From Vulcanimicrobiota bacterium (GTDB lineage Bacteria; Vulcanimicrobiota; Vulcanimicrobiia; Vulcanimicrobiales; Vulcanimicrobiaceae), in contig CAWAJD010000009.1 of the NCBI GenBank assembly GCA_963782265.1, positions 101-64,100 of the forward strand: 64,000 bases of DNA, written 5' to 3'. Below are positions 1 to 8,897 of the stretch, piece by piece (position 1 is the stretch's first letter; each line of letters begins with the position of its first letter). The translations under genes and the position numbers were made by a program. The notes beneath the pieces are model-generated. The model saw only the letters and a list, made by a program, of their open reading frames with translations. It searched no databases and was not told the origin of the DNA.

Positions 1-1104
1 CTGGCCGCCGTCCCAGCCGAAGCGTCCCGGCTTGCGGATAGATTTCGTCGCGCGCGATATTGACGGCCATTCCGAAACCCCAGCTGCGAATGCGCGCCGA
101 AAAAGATCTCGGAGCCAGCGCGCTGCTCGGCGTGAGCTGATCCGACGTCATCAACTCGACGATGGCCGCGAAATGATCTGCTCGCGGCCGAACCGGCCTT
201 TAGCGAGCATCATGCGGCTGAACGCAAAGTAGTCGTCGAGTGTCGAGACCAGTCCGCCGCCGCCGGATTCGGCCGGCGGTTCGGGGTGCCACGAACTGTG
301 CTTGACGCCGTCATAGACCGTCAACTCGTTCTTCGTCGGCGATCGAAGCGGTAACGACGTTGCCAAGCGATCGAGTTTCTCGGATGGAACGTGGAAGCCG
401 GTGTCGCTGCATGCCCAGCGGCTCGAAGATGCGTTCCCGCATGAACGTACCGAGCGAATGCCCGGAAACGCGCGCGATCAGCATGCCCAGAACGTCCGCG
501 CTGATGTTGTACAGCCATCGTTCGCCGGGCTGCGCGATCAGCGGCAGCGACGCCAGCCGATCGAGCCATACCTGTGCGCTCGGCTGGCGGCGGGCAGCGG
601 CGGACCGTCGCCGCCGATCTGATATTCGCGGATGAACCTCTGGATCGGATACGTGTCCGGCATCGCCATCACGCTGCCGAAGCCCATGCGAAACGTCAGC
701 AGATCGCGAACCGTAATCGCGCGCTGTGCCGGCACCGTGTCGTCGAGCTGCGAGGACGAGCGACTTTAGCACGCGGCGGTTGGCCAGCTCCGGCAGCCAC
801 GGCTCGATCGAGTCGTCGAGGCGAAGCTCGCATCCTCCACCAGAATCATCGCTGCAACGGCCGTCATGGGTTTCGCGATCGACGCGATGCGAAAGATCGT
901 ATCGCGCCGCATCGGCGCCGGCTCGCCGGCCGTCAGCGTGCCGAGCGTCTCCACATGAACGTCGTCGTCGCGAGCTGACCAGCGGCAACCAATCCGGGCA
1001 TTTCTTCTCGCTCGACGTATCCCGACGAGGACGCGATGCATTCGCTCGAGCCTCGACTTCGATAAGCCGCGCCCCGTCGAATCACGCATGCGATGTACGT
1101 TCAT
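1..1104 (-). pseudogene. Serine hydrolase of the beta-lactamase/transpeptidase-like family. The 3' end runs off the window start and the reading frame is broken several times.
   Basis: Pieces in three minus frames join into one protein. They include [24 protein letters not shown] (SxxK motif S-I-A-K), [64 protein letters not shown] and WGFGMAVNI...PGRFGWDGGQ at the window edge. Confidence 0.7.
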
Positions 1105-1179
1105 CGCCCAACCTTCACGCCGCAGATTGCAGACCCTTGGCTGCGTTAGCCGCGGACCGAATCCGGGTAGGGTGCAATC

Positions 1180-1389
1180 GTGGACCAGAGTGAAAGCGAG
1201 TATCCGTCCCGGCTCGCAGTGCGCGACGCAATTGCGGCCGCACACGCGGTCCAAGATCGCTCCTTCGCGGAGTGGCAGGCGGCCAGCCCGGATTCGGCCG
1301 AGCAAGAATCCGCGCGCGCGTCCTTCGTGACCGCCAATGACGAAGTGAACCGCCTGCTGGTGCTCTACAACGAGTATCGCGGGCGGTGA
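1180..1389 (+). CDS. Hypothetical small protein (69 aa, GTG start)
   Basis: The ORF exactly fills the gap between two minus-strand genes and has a non-Arg-rich, helical-looking composition. No family recognised. Confidence 0.4.
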   Translation: MDQSESEYPSRLAVRDAIAAAHAVQDRSFAEWQAASPDSAEQESARASFVTANDEVNRLLVLYNEYRGR

Positions 1390-1407
1390 CTTCGTGCCGG
1401 TCGTTCG

Positions 1408-1852
1408 CTAGACCGGCGTCGCCAGCGGAACCGGACGGCCTTCGTCGAGATCGAGGAGATCGAACCAGGTCACGATGTCGTCGCGATCCGGGGCGATGCT
1501 CGCGAGCGTCTGCTTGAAGTAAGCATCGCTGTCGGTACCCGGGTCCGGATGCCAGCGCCGGCGGCTCGCGTTGAAGGCGTCGATTTCGGCCGATGACTTC
1601 CCTTTCAAACCGTTCTCTTCGACCCACTTTGCAATCGCGGCGTCGGTTTGCAGCGCCCGCACTTTGGCGCCGAACTCCGCGGCGTTCGTACCGAGGAAAT
1701 TCAAAGAGCGGCTTGTCGTGCGGGCAGTCGTAGTGGTACTCGCCCAGGTGCCCCTCGTCGTTCGCCTTCGACTTGTCGATCGTTCGCTTCAGCGAGACTA
1801 ATCCGGCGAGCTTATCATTGGGACTGCGTGGGACCGTTTTCGTTAAATCCAT
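1408..1852 (-). pseudogene. DUF5069-family protein, paralog of 52630-53073, with one frame break near 1700
   Basis: The N-terminus MDLTKTVPRSPNDKLAGLVSLKRTIDKSKANDEGHLGEYHYDCPHDKPLFEF is in one frame. The C-terminus ...IAPDRDDIVTWFDLLDLDEGRPVP is in another. Both align by eye to the intact copy at 52630-53073. Confidence 0.65.
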
Positions 1853-1880
1853 TCCGAGGTTATGCCCCCGCAGCGCCCGA

Positions 1881-2627
1881 CTAAACGTCGACGATAAGCG
1901 CCGAGTGGTCGGTTAGCCGGTCCTCACGAAATCCGTGATTGTAATCGGCCGCCGTCGTCCGCGCGAGCGCGGCCGGCGACATGAAGGCCTTGTCGATTCG
2001 CCAGCCGCCGCGGCTAACGTATTCCGGATCCTTGCGAAACGGATACCAGCTGTACTCGAACGCGCCCGGATGGAAATAGGCCCAAGCTTCCGTCCAGACG
2101 GTTTCCAGCTCCGAATAAAGGTCGGCCGTGCTGAACTCATCGCGCAGGCGGCCGGAGCGGACGTTGATCTCGATGTCCGTTTCGTTGCGGCCGGAGTTGA
2201 AATCGCCGATGCAGAGCGCCGGTTCGCCGGTCTCGTTGTAGCGCTCGGCGGTTGCGATGAGGTACCGCAAGTGCGGCCGCTTTCGATCCTGGCCGGGCAG
2301 GTAGACGCCGAACAGATCCAAATCCTCAAACGCCGCCTTCAGCACGGCGTTGGGATACTCGTCATCGGCGAGGCCGAACGGATTCAGCGTTGCGGCGAAC
2401 GGGAGCGACGATGCGATGCAGACGCCGTTACCCCGATGGCCTTGCGTCGCGGCGATGTGATCGTAACCCGTCTGCAGCAGCGTTTCGCGCAGCAACACTC
2501 CTGCGGGGTTATCGCGATACTCCGACAACACCACGGTGTCGGCATCGCGAAACGCCAAGCGGCGGACGATCGCCGGAATCGTCGTCGCGTTTCCGCCCGC
2601 GCGAAGATTCACCGCCGCGATCCGCAT
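1881..2627 (-). CDS. Endonuclease/exonuclease/phosphatase (EEP) family protein
   Basis: 248-aa ORF MRIAAVNLRAGG...VVLSEY...GDFN...DHSALIVDV, the typical EEP layout. Confidence 0.7.
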   Translation of the reverse strand: MRIAAVNLRAGGNATTIPAIVRRLAFRDADTVVLSEYRDNPAGVLLRETLLQTGYDHIAATQGHRGNGVCIASSLPFAATLNPFGLADDEYPNAVLKAAFEDLDLFGVYLPGQDRKRPHLRYLIATAERYNETGEPALCIGDFNSGRNETDIEINVRSGRLRDEFSTADLYSELETVWTEAWAYFHPGAFEYSWYPFRKDPEYVSRGGWRIDKAFMSPAALARTTAADYNHGFREDRLTDHSALIVDV

Positions 2628-2635
2628 CGATGCCG

Positions 2636-3400
2636 TTATCCCGGTAGTTCCTTAAGCGAGCAATGCCGGAATATGGCCCGAATAGCGGGGGCGTAATTGC
2701 CTCCCAGCCGCCATACCGTGCCGAACCGCCGCATGGTTATGCCGCCGTTGGTGACGACGCAGGCGGGTACGACTGCGCGGGCGACGCGGTCGTCCTCGTC
2801 TCGAACGTAAATCCCGGAGATGCTTCCGAACGCCGCGCTGCCGGGTACGGCGACCGCCGTACCGAGCATGAGCCAGGGATGGTTCGGCCCTTCGTCGGGC
2901 AGAAACGTCGCACGCGGCACGCGATCGAGGATCCTACCATCGATCGCAAAAGTCACGTCCTTTTCGTCGCCGGTCAACGTCACGGCGTGCGGCCCCTCGG
3001 TAAGGTTCCCAAAGTAGCGCACTTGCGTTTGATCCTCGCCGGCGTGCGCGTACGCAAGAAAGCCTGCGAGCCGAAACTTGTTCTCCGGCGTTCGAATGAC
3101 GCCGCCTTGAATCAGCGCGCCCGGTTGAAAGAACGATATCTGCAAACTCGGACTGTCTTTTTGCGGTGGAACCCGCGGCAGATCGAGTACCGCCGTCGCC
3201 ATGAACCGTCTCTGGAAGCTGCGCCGGACGACGACGTTCGCGCCCGGGGAACTTGCGGCGAGCGACAGACTGCTAACGCCGAACCCGGTCGACGTGTATT
3301 TGAGCAGGACGAAGATGCCGGCGCACGCGAGGACGATGACGAGCACGCCCGAAATCGCGATCGTCATACCAAGGCGCGCGGCGCGGCCGGGTGAATGCAT
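2636..3400 (-). CDS. Membrane-anchored hypothetical protein
   Basis: ATG at 3400, then one N-terminal TM segment (MTIAISGVLVIVLACAGIFVLL), then a beta-rich domain. The upstream part of the 359-aa track ORF is antisense to the GNAT gene and was discounted. Confidence 0.5.
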   Translation of the reverse strand: MHSPGRAARLGMTIAISGVLVIVLACAGIFVLLKYTSTGFGVSSLSLAASSPGANVVVRRSFQRRFMATAVLDLPRVPPQKDSPSLQISFFQPGALIQGGVIRTPENKFRLAGFLAYAHAGEDQTQVRYFGNLTEGPHAVTLTGDEKDVTFAIDGRILDRVPRATFLPDEGPNHPWLMLGTAVAVPGSAAFGSISGIYVRDEDDRVARAVVPACVVTNGGITMRRFGTVWRLGGNYAPAIRAIFRHCSLKELPG

Positions 3401-3490
3401 CCGCCTACGTTCGCTACGCGATATCCATTTTGCCTCGCGGGAACGTCGGTGCGCAGGGAATCGATTTTGTGGGATGCAAGGGACGGAGCG

Positions 3491-3904
3491 ATGCACGTCC
3501 GACAAGCCAAGCCCGAAGAGCTCGTGTTGCTCGAGAAGATGCCGCATGCACTGCACTACACGCATCACCTCGCGTTCATCCGTCACGCGCTCGGCTCGAA
3601 AGAGTGCTTGATCGCCGAAATCGACGGCGCGATTGCGGGGTTCGTCGTGTGGGACCGCGGCTTCTACGCTCGTCCGTTCATGTGGATGCTCGGTGTCGAC
3701 CCGAACCACCAGCACTTAGGCGTCGCGACGGAACTGATCGCTCACGTTGAGGCACTCAACAAAGGCCACAACCTTTACACGTCGACCAACCAATCGAACG
3801 CGGTGATGCAAGGCATGCTCGGCAAACGCGGCTTCGAACCGGTCGGACGGCTCGAGAATCTCGACCCGGGCGATCCGGAAGTATTTTATTTCAAAAAGCT
3901 CTGA
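3491..3904 (+). CDS. GNAT family N-acetyltransferase
   Basis: MHVRQAKPEEL...IAGFVVW...LGVDPNHQHLGVATELIAHVE...RGFEPVG, an acetyl-CoA-binding-type Q/RxxGxG/A-like segment. Confidence 0.65.
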   Translation: MHVRQAKPEELVLLEKMPHALHYTHHLAFIRHALGSKECLIAEIDGAIAGFVVWDRGFYARPFMWMLGVDPNHQHLGVATELIAHVEALNKGHNLYTSTNQSNAVMQGMLGKRGFEPVGRLENLDPGDPEVFYFKKL

Positions 3905-4380
3905 CGCGGGTCGCTTGCGAGCATCGCATAGGGCACGAGATCGTGGAACGTGCCGTCGTCGTCGCAGTACCCCTGACGAAAGTATCCCTCGGCGGTAAAG
4001 CCGGCGCGTTCGTAGAGGCCGCGGGCTCGCTCGTTTGCCGCCACGACCTCGAGATAGATTCGGTTCGCCTTCAGATCGTCGAAAGCGCGCCAGATGACGT
4101 ATTGCATCGCAAATCGCCCGGCGCCTCTTCCGCTTTCGCCCATCGCGATCACCTGCAGTTCGACCATCCACGGCAGCGAAGTGCCGAGAATCAAGTTCCC
4201 GAACGGCTTGCCGTCGCGCTCGACGATGACGTTCTCCTTGCCTGGCCGATCGAGCGACGAAACGTAGTCCTCGATCGAGCGCGGTCCGTGCGTGTACGCG
4301 CGCACGTGCTCGCGAGCGAATAGTTCGAGCACGAACGCTGCATCGGCGGGCGTTGCCGCACGAACGGAATATTCGGTCAA
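3886..4380 (-). CDS. GNAT family N-acetyltransferase (TTG start overlapping the hemQ stop as TTGA)
   Basis: YSVRAATPADAAFV...LQVIAMGESGRGAGRFAMQYVI...YLEVVAANERARGLYERAGF. The only start upstream of the conserved N-terminus is TTG at 4380. Confidence 0.65.
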   Translation of the reverse strand: MTEYSVRAATPADAAFVLELFAREHVRAYTHGPRSIEDYVSSLDRPGKENVIVERDGKPFGNLILGTSLPWMVELQVIAMGESGRGAGRFAMQYVIWRAFDDLKANRIYLEVVAANERARGLYERAGFTAEGYFRQGYCDDDGTFHDLVPYAMLASDPRQSFLK

Positions 4381-5228
4381 GGCGCCGGGGCGTTGAGTTG
4401 TGGGATCGCGTCGCCGTCGAGGAACGCGGCGAGTTCGTCGGACGAGAACTGAATGCCGGACCAAAACGGCCCGAACTCCGCGTAGCGCGCGCTGGCTTCG
4501 TCGAAACGCATTTCGTAGATGAGCTTCTTGAAGACGAGCGGGTCGTCTGCGTAGAGATCGACGCCCCATTCGAAATCGTCGTAGCCGATCGAGCCGGAGA
4601 TCACTTGCGTCACGCGCCCGTGATAGGAGCGGCCGACCACGCCGTGTTCGCTCATCATTTTGGCGCGCGCGTCGAATCCCAGCATGTACCAATTCTGCAC
4701 TTCGCCGCGCCGTTTGCTCATCGGATAAAAACACGCGTACCGCCGCTGCGGAATCTTGGCCCAGAGGCGCGGCCCCACATAAGGACTCTCCGCCTGCTTG
4801 CGCATCAACTCGTCGAAGCCCGCGATCCATTCGGGGGACTGCGGTGCGAAACCGCGCTCGGTGAGTTCGGTATGGATCTTTCCGGTTGCGTCGTACAGGC
4901 CCAGCTCGAGTACGGAAACGTACGAGCCTTGCAGTGTCAGGTATTCCCGCAGTTCGAGCTTATCGACCAGCGTCTGCGCGTACGCGAGCCCGTCGAACGT
5001 GCGGGCGTAGTGCGTGAGCATCAAGTCGCCCTTGTTGCCGACGATCTGCGCGAGTCCGACATCGCCCTCCTCGCTCGACTTGAAGTGATCGACCAGATCG
5101 ACCGCGTGCTGCGTCCACTTGTTGCGCCGTTTCTCCGGCAGCGCATCCCACCGGCGCCGGTCCAATGAAAACATGCGGTGGAGAATCCACCAGCCCTCGA
5201 TCGATTCGGGAACGTTCGGGTCGCGCAT
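4377..5228 (-). CDS. hemQ: Chlorite dismutase family protein, probably coproheme decarboxylase (HemQ/ChdC)
   Basis: 283 aa with GWWILHRMFSLD..., CFYPMSKRRGEVQNWY and GSIGYDDFEWGVDLYADDP..FKKLIYEMRFDE, typical of the HemQ clade. Confidence 0.65.
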   Translation of the reverse strand: MRDPNVPESIEGWWILHRMFSLDRRRWDALPEKRRNKWTQHAVDLVDHFKSSEEGDVGLAQIVGNKGDLMLTHYARTFDGLAYAQTLVDKLELREYLTLQGSYVSVLELGLYDATGKIHTELTERGFAPQSPEWIAGFDELMRKQAESPYVGPRLWAKIPQRRYACFYPMSKRRGEVQNWYMLGFDARAKMMSEHGVVGRSYHGRVTQVISGSIGYDDFEWGVDLYADDPLVFKKLIYEMRFDEASARYAEFGPFWSGIQFSSDELAAFLDGDAIPQLNAPAP

Positions 5229-5252
5229 GATTCCTCGTTGACGGTCCTGGTG

Positions 5253-6224
5253 TTACCGGGTAACGGCTTTGACGCGTTTGATTTCGGCTTCGACTTCGGC
5301 GTCGAGCGTTTCGGGGCGTTCGCGGTACTTCGCCCACAGCGGCGGCGTGTGCGCGATGTCTTCGAGTACGCGGCAATAGACCGCGTTCACCGGGGTCGGA
5401 ACGCCGTACTTGTGGCCTGCGGCGGCGACGGCCCCGTTGAGCACGTCGACCTCGGTCTGCAGCTTCGCACCGCGCAGGTCCAGCAGCAGCGAGGGCGCTT
5501 TGGTGCCGCGCGCGCCGGCGATCCGTTTGGTCAGCAGCGTTCGCGCGAGCGGGCTCGGCAAGCTTGCGACGTTGAGCAGCGCGCGCACGGGATAGCGCGG
5601 CAAGTCGATCGGCGTGATCCCCATCTTTTTCATCACCGCCTGCACTTCGCGAACCATCCGGATCTCCAGAGTGAAGATGCGATCGAAATGGACGAGCCGG
5701 TTCGGCAAAACGTTGAGAATCGCGCAGCTCGCATTGGCAACGACGTTGAGGGCGAGCTTGCTCCACTTCAGGGCGCGCCAATCGTCGACCACCTTTACGT
5801 TGAGACCGGCACTCGCGAACGTTGCGACCAGCCAGTTGTACGCATTGCCGCCCATCGGCGCGAGCGCGAAACCGCCGGTATTCGCCGCGGACGCGTTGCC
5901 GTCGCGATCGCGATCTATGGGCACGGTCAACGCGGCCGCCACCACGTTGTCGGCACCAAACGCCGCGGCGAGCTTCTCTTCGTTGCCTACGCCGTTCTGC
6001 GGCGAAAGAAAGACGCACTTCTCCGGATGCGCGATCGCCGCGCGCAGCGTCGCGATCGCTCCGTCGGTGTCGTACGACTTGGTCGTAACGATCGCCACGT
6101 CGGCGTCGTACGGAACCACGTCGTCGAGTGCGCGCGGCGCGTACATCACCTCAACGCCGATTGAATCGAGCAACCCGCCGAGATACGTTCCGACCGCTCC
6201 TTTGCCGACGATGTAGACTCTCAT
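5253..6224 (-). CDS. panE: Ketopantoate reductase (ApbA/PanE) family oxidoreductase
   Basis: [19 protein letters not shown] Rossmann N-terminus, [17 protein letters not shown] and a C-terminal PanE-type domain. ATGA overlap with dut. Confidence 0.6.
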   Translation of the reverse strand: MRVYIVGKGAVGTYLGGLLDSIGVEVMYAPRALDDVVPYDADVAIVTTKSYDTDGAIATLRAAIAHPEKCVFLSPQNGVGNEEKLAAAFGADNVVAAALTVPIDRDRDGNASAANTGGFALAPMGGNAYNWLVATFASAGLNVKVVDDWRALKWSKLALNVVANASCAILNVLPNRLVHFDRIFTLEIRMVREVQAVMKKMGITPIDLPRYPVRALLNVASLPSPLARTLLTKRIAGARGTKAPSLLLDLRGAKLQTEVDVLNGAVAAAGHKYGVPTPVNAVYCRVLEDIAHTPPLWAKYRERPETLDAEVEAEIKRVKAVTR

Positions 6225-6709
6225 CTCGGCGCCTTCGCCAGGGACGCGACGCCGGTCGATCCGAAGCCGCCTTCGCCGCGCTCGGTTTGCGGCAGATCGG
6301 CGACCTCATCGAAGAGCGCCCGCGATACGGGCGCAACGATCAACTGTGCAATCCGGTCGCCGCGCCGAATCGTCACCGGTTCGGCACCAAGATTGGCCAA
6401 GAGCACTTGCACCGGACCGCGGTAGTCCGCGTCGATCGTGCCCGGCGAGTTCAGTACGGTCACGCCGTTGCGCAGCGCGAGGCCGCTGCGCGGCCGAATC
6501 TGCGCTTCGAAACCTGCCGGCAGTGCGATCGAGAATCCCGTGGGGACGAGCGCGCGCGCGCCGGGAAGCAGCGTCAGTTCCTCGCGAATGCCCGCACACA
6601 AGTCCGCGCCGGCCGCGTGCGCGCTCATGTAGGCGGGAGCCGGCAGGCCTTCGCCCTCCGGCAAACGTTGTAGCGCGACGCGAACGCCGTCGCTGGGCCG
6701 AGCGGTCAT
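6221..6709 (-). CDS. dut: dUTP diphosphatase
   Basis: AAGADLCA...[38 protein letters not shown]...GDRIAQLIV, the classic dUTPase motifs. An alternative TTG start lies at 6727. Confidence 0.85.
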   Translation of the reverse strand: MTARPSDGVRVALQRLPEGEGLPAPAYMSAHAAGADLCAGIREELTLLPGARALVPTGFSIALPAGFEAQIRPRSGLALRNGVTVLNSPGTIDADYRGPVQVLLANLGAEPVTIRRGDRIAQLIVAPVSRALFDEVADLPQTERGEGGFGSTGVASLAKAPR

Positions 6710-6716
6710 CAACCGC

Positions 6717-7169
6717 TCATTTAGCAAAGAGGGCGGATAACTCTTCCCGGAAGCTCTCGAGATCGCGGAACGAGCGATAGACGCTCGCGAAGCGAATATA
6801 GGCGACGGGATCGAGCTTCTTGAGCGATTCCATCAGCTTCTCCCCGACCATCGTCGAGGGTACTTCGCTTTCGCCGCGCGCAAAGAGTTCGCGCTCGAGA
6901 TCGGCAGCAGTGCTTTCCATCTGACTTTCGGAGATCGGCCGCTTCTCGCACGCCTTGCGCAGTCCGCCTAAGATCTTCTCCCGATTGTACTGTTCGCGGC
7001 GACCATCTTTTTTTACGACGAACAGACGCGGGGATTCCATCCGCTCGTACGTCGTGAAGCGGTGCTTGCAGCGCGGGTCCAAACATTCGCGCCGCCGGCG
7101 AACGACGGTCTCATCGTCGCGTGAATCGACGACGCGTGTCTCGCTCTTGCGACAGGTCGGACAGAACAG
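6717..7169 (-). CDS. nrdR: Transcriptional repressor NrdR (apparent CTG start)
   Basis: Translation from 7169 gives [42 protein letters not shown] (zinc ribbon) followed by the ATP-cone ([20 protein letters not shown]...). AGGAG lies 8 nt upstream and an in-frame TAA sits at 7188-7190. Confidence 0.85.
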   Translation of the reverse strand: MFCPTCRKSETRVVDSRDDETVVRRRRECLDPRCKHRFTTYERMESPRLFVVKKDGRREQYNREKILGGLRKACEKRPISESQMESTAADLERELFARGESEVPSTMVGEKLMESLKKLDPVAYIRFASVYRSFRDLESFREELSALFAK

Positions 7170-7190
7170 CGGCGATACTCCTAGCGGTTA

Positions 7191-7206
7191 CCCCAATATC
7201 TAGTGG
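7191..7206. promoter_or_regulatory. Candidate NrdR box upstream of nrdR
   Basis: CCCCAATATCTAGTGG matches about 12 of 16 positions of the published NrdR-box consensus acaCwAtATaTwGtgt. I found only one convincing box. Confidence 0.3.
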
Positions 7207-7241
7207 CCGCTCGATTATAGCCTACTATCCGTAGGGAACGC

Positions 7242-7266
7242 AAAAAGGACCGTCGGATGACGATCC
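7242..7266 (-). terminator. Intrinsic terminator after the DUF5679-like gene
   Basis: The minus strand reads GGATCGTC-ATCC-GACGGTCC, an 8-bp stem with one G-U pair, followed by TTTTT. Confidence 0.55.
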
Positions 7267-7292
7267 CTTCGCTGAACGAGAGAACGCGCTGG

Positions 7293-7442
7293 TTAGCTCG
7301 CGGCTCCGATCTTGAACATCTTGGTCCCGCACTCCGGGCACTTGCCCTCGGTTGCCGGCCGGCCATTCTTCATGGTGATTTGAACGGCGTCTTTAATCTG
7401 ACGCTTCGTTTTGCACTTCACGCAATACGCTTCTGCTGCCAC
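7293..7442 (-). CDS. Small zinc-ribbon protein (DUF5679-like)
   Basis: A GTG start is preceded by GGAGG. The product is (M)AAEAYCVKCKTKRQIKDAVQITMKNGRPATEGKCPECGTKMFKIGAAS, carrying CxxC...CxxC. Confidence 0.6.
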   Translation of the reverse strand: MAAEAYCVKCKTKRQIKDAVQITMKNGRPATEGKCPECGTKMFKIGAAS

Positions 7443-7566
7443 CTGGGGTACCTCCGTTTGGTGCCGGGCCCATTCCCTGGCTTGCCTGCGATTCCCCTTG
7501 AGGAGGGCCGCTAAGCACAAACAAGCACGAAAAGGATACCCCTTGTGCTTTGCCTCGATTTGCGTG

Positions 7567-8451
7567 ATGGAGGCGAGAATGAACGACCCGGTGTTCGAAT
7601 CGCGCGGCGCGATCGAGTCAGCCTGCGGTTCGCGCGGCGTCGAGCTTCCGGCGGCTGGTTTATGGCGCCGCGGAACGCTCGCGGGCCTCGCGAAACCGTG
7701 CGTTGCGATCGTCGGTACGCGTGCCGCAACGCCTTACGGCAGACGCCTTACCCGCGCTTTCGCCGAACGTCTCGGCGCGGCGGGCTGCTGTATCATTTCC
7801 GGGCTCGCACTCGGCATCGACTCCGAAGCGCACGAAGGCGCACTGCGTGTGAATGCGCCGACGATCGGCGTGCTCGGGAGCGGTCATCGCCAGTTTTTCC
7901 CACGGCGCAACGCCAGGCTAGCCGAGCGGATGGTTGCCGCGGGCGGCGCGGTGCTCTCGCCGTACGCTCCGGACGACATCGCCTACCCGAGCCAGTTCCT
8001 CGCACGCAACGGCGTCGTCGCCGCACTCTCCGACGCGGTGGTCGTGATTGAGGCACCGGCACGCAGCGGCGCGCTCAACACGGCCGGCTGGGCGGCGGGC
8101 CGCATTCCGGTCTTCGCCGTGCCGGGCGACGTCGACCGGGCTCACGTTCAGGGGTGCTTAGCGCTGATTCGGGACGGCGCTATTCTGGCCCGGCACGCCG
8201 GCGACGTCCTCGAAGCGCTGGGCCGCCAAGCTCCGCTCCCGCTGTCGCTCGCGGTGGCGAATACGGATCCGATCGCTGCCCGGCTCCTGGCAGCGCTCGA
8301 GGGCGGAGAGCGCGACCTCGACGGCCTCGTTGCCGACACCGGCATCCTTGCGCCGGCCGTGCTGGCGGCTCTCGGAATGCTCGAACTCGATGGTACCGTC
8401 GAGCGACGCGGCGCGACCTGTTATGCTATTGCGCGATGCAGTTGCGATTGA
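7567..8451 (+). CDS. dprA: DNA-processing protein DprA (Smf)
   Basis: VAIVGTRAATPYG...ISGLALGIDSEAHEGAL...TIGVLGSG...ARNGVVAALSDAVVVIEAPARSGALNTA...VFAVPG. Confidence 0.85.
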   Translation: MEARMNDPVFESRGAIESACGSRGVELPAAGLWRRGTLAGLAKPCVAIVGTRAATPYGRRLTRAFAERLGAAGCCIISGLALGIDSEAHEGALRVNAPTIGVLGSGHRQFFPRRNARLAERMVAAGGAVLSPYAPDDIAYPSQFLARNGVVAALSDAVVVIEAPARSGALNTAGWAAGRIPVFAVPGDVDRAHVQGCLALIRDGAILARHAGDVLEALGRQAPLPLSLAVANTDPIAARLLAALEGGERDLDGLVADTGILAPAVLAALGMLELDGTVERRGATCYAIARCSCD

Positions 8452-8897
8452 TCGCCGTCGACAAGTTGCGCTCGCCGCCGATTGCCGAATTGTGCGTCGA
8501 ACTGCGAAAACGGCTCGCACCCTACTATCCCTACGATGAGATCGAAGTGCGCCCCGGCAGCGGCAAAAACGCGCACGACGCGATGCGCGAGGAGTCCGAG
8601 CGAATTCGGCGGCACGTGCGTCCGGACGACCGCGTCTGGCTGCTCGAGCGGACCGGCACGCAGCTATCGAGCCAAGCACTGGCGCATCGGCTCGACGACG
8701 TCGCGCACGCGGGCGTTTCGCGGCTGACTTTTGTCGTGGCGGGCACGTACGGCGCCGACGAGGCGCTGCTCGAACGCGCGGAATTGCACTGGTCGCTCTC
8801 GGATTTGACGTTTTTGCACGAGTGGGCGCGTGCGATCGTGCTGGAACAACTCTATCGCGCGGCGAAGATTTTGCGGAATGAACCCTACCATCACTGA
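8436..8897 (+). CDS. rlmH: 23S rRNA (pseudouridine1915-N3)-methyltransferase RlmH
   Basis: 153 aa MQLRLIAVDKLR...TFVVAGTYGADEALLERAELHWSLSDLTFLHEWARAIVLEQLYRA, a SPOUT-type C-terminus. Confidence 0.8.
   Translation: MQLRLIAVDKLRSPPIAELCVELRKRLAPYYPYDEIEVRPGSGKNAHDAMREESERIRRHVRPDDRVWLLERTGTQLSSQALAHRLDDVAHAGVSRLTFVVAGTYGADEALLERAELHWSLSDLTFLHEWARAIVLEQLYRAAKILRNEPYHH

Noticed and set aside
1115-1852. 245-aa ORF taken as a single gene
   Set aside because: Only its first 60 aa or so look real (the DUF5069 N-terminus). The rest is Arg-rich read-through after a frame break, and the true C-terminus is in the 1408-1704 frame.
4960-6018. 352-aa minus-strand ORF overlapping the panE-like gene
   Set aside because: It is extremely Arg/Ala-rich and low in complexity, and it lies out of frame with a well-supported gene on the same strand. 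This is a typical shadow ORF of GC-rich DNA.
7221-7236. Second NrdR box, about 31 nt from the first
   Set aside because: CCTACTATCCGTAGGG is a weak palindrome (CCTAC...GTAGG) and matches the NrdR-box consensus poorly. I do not count it as a tandem box.
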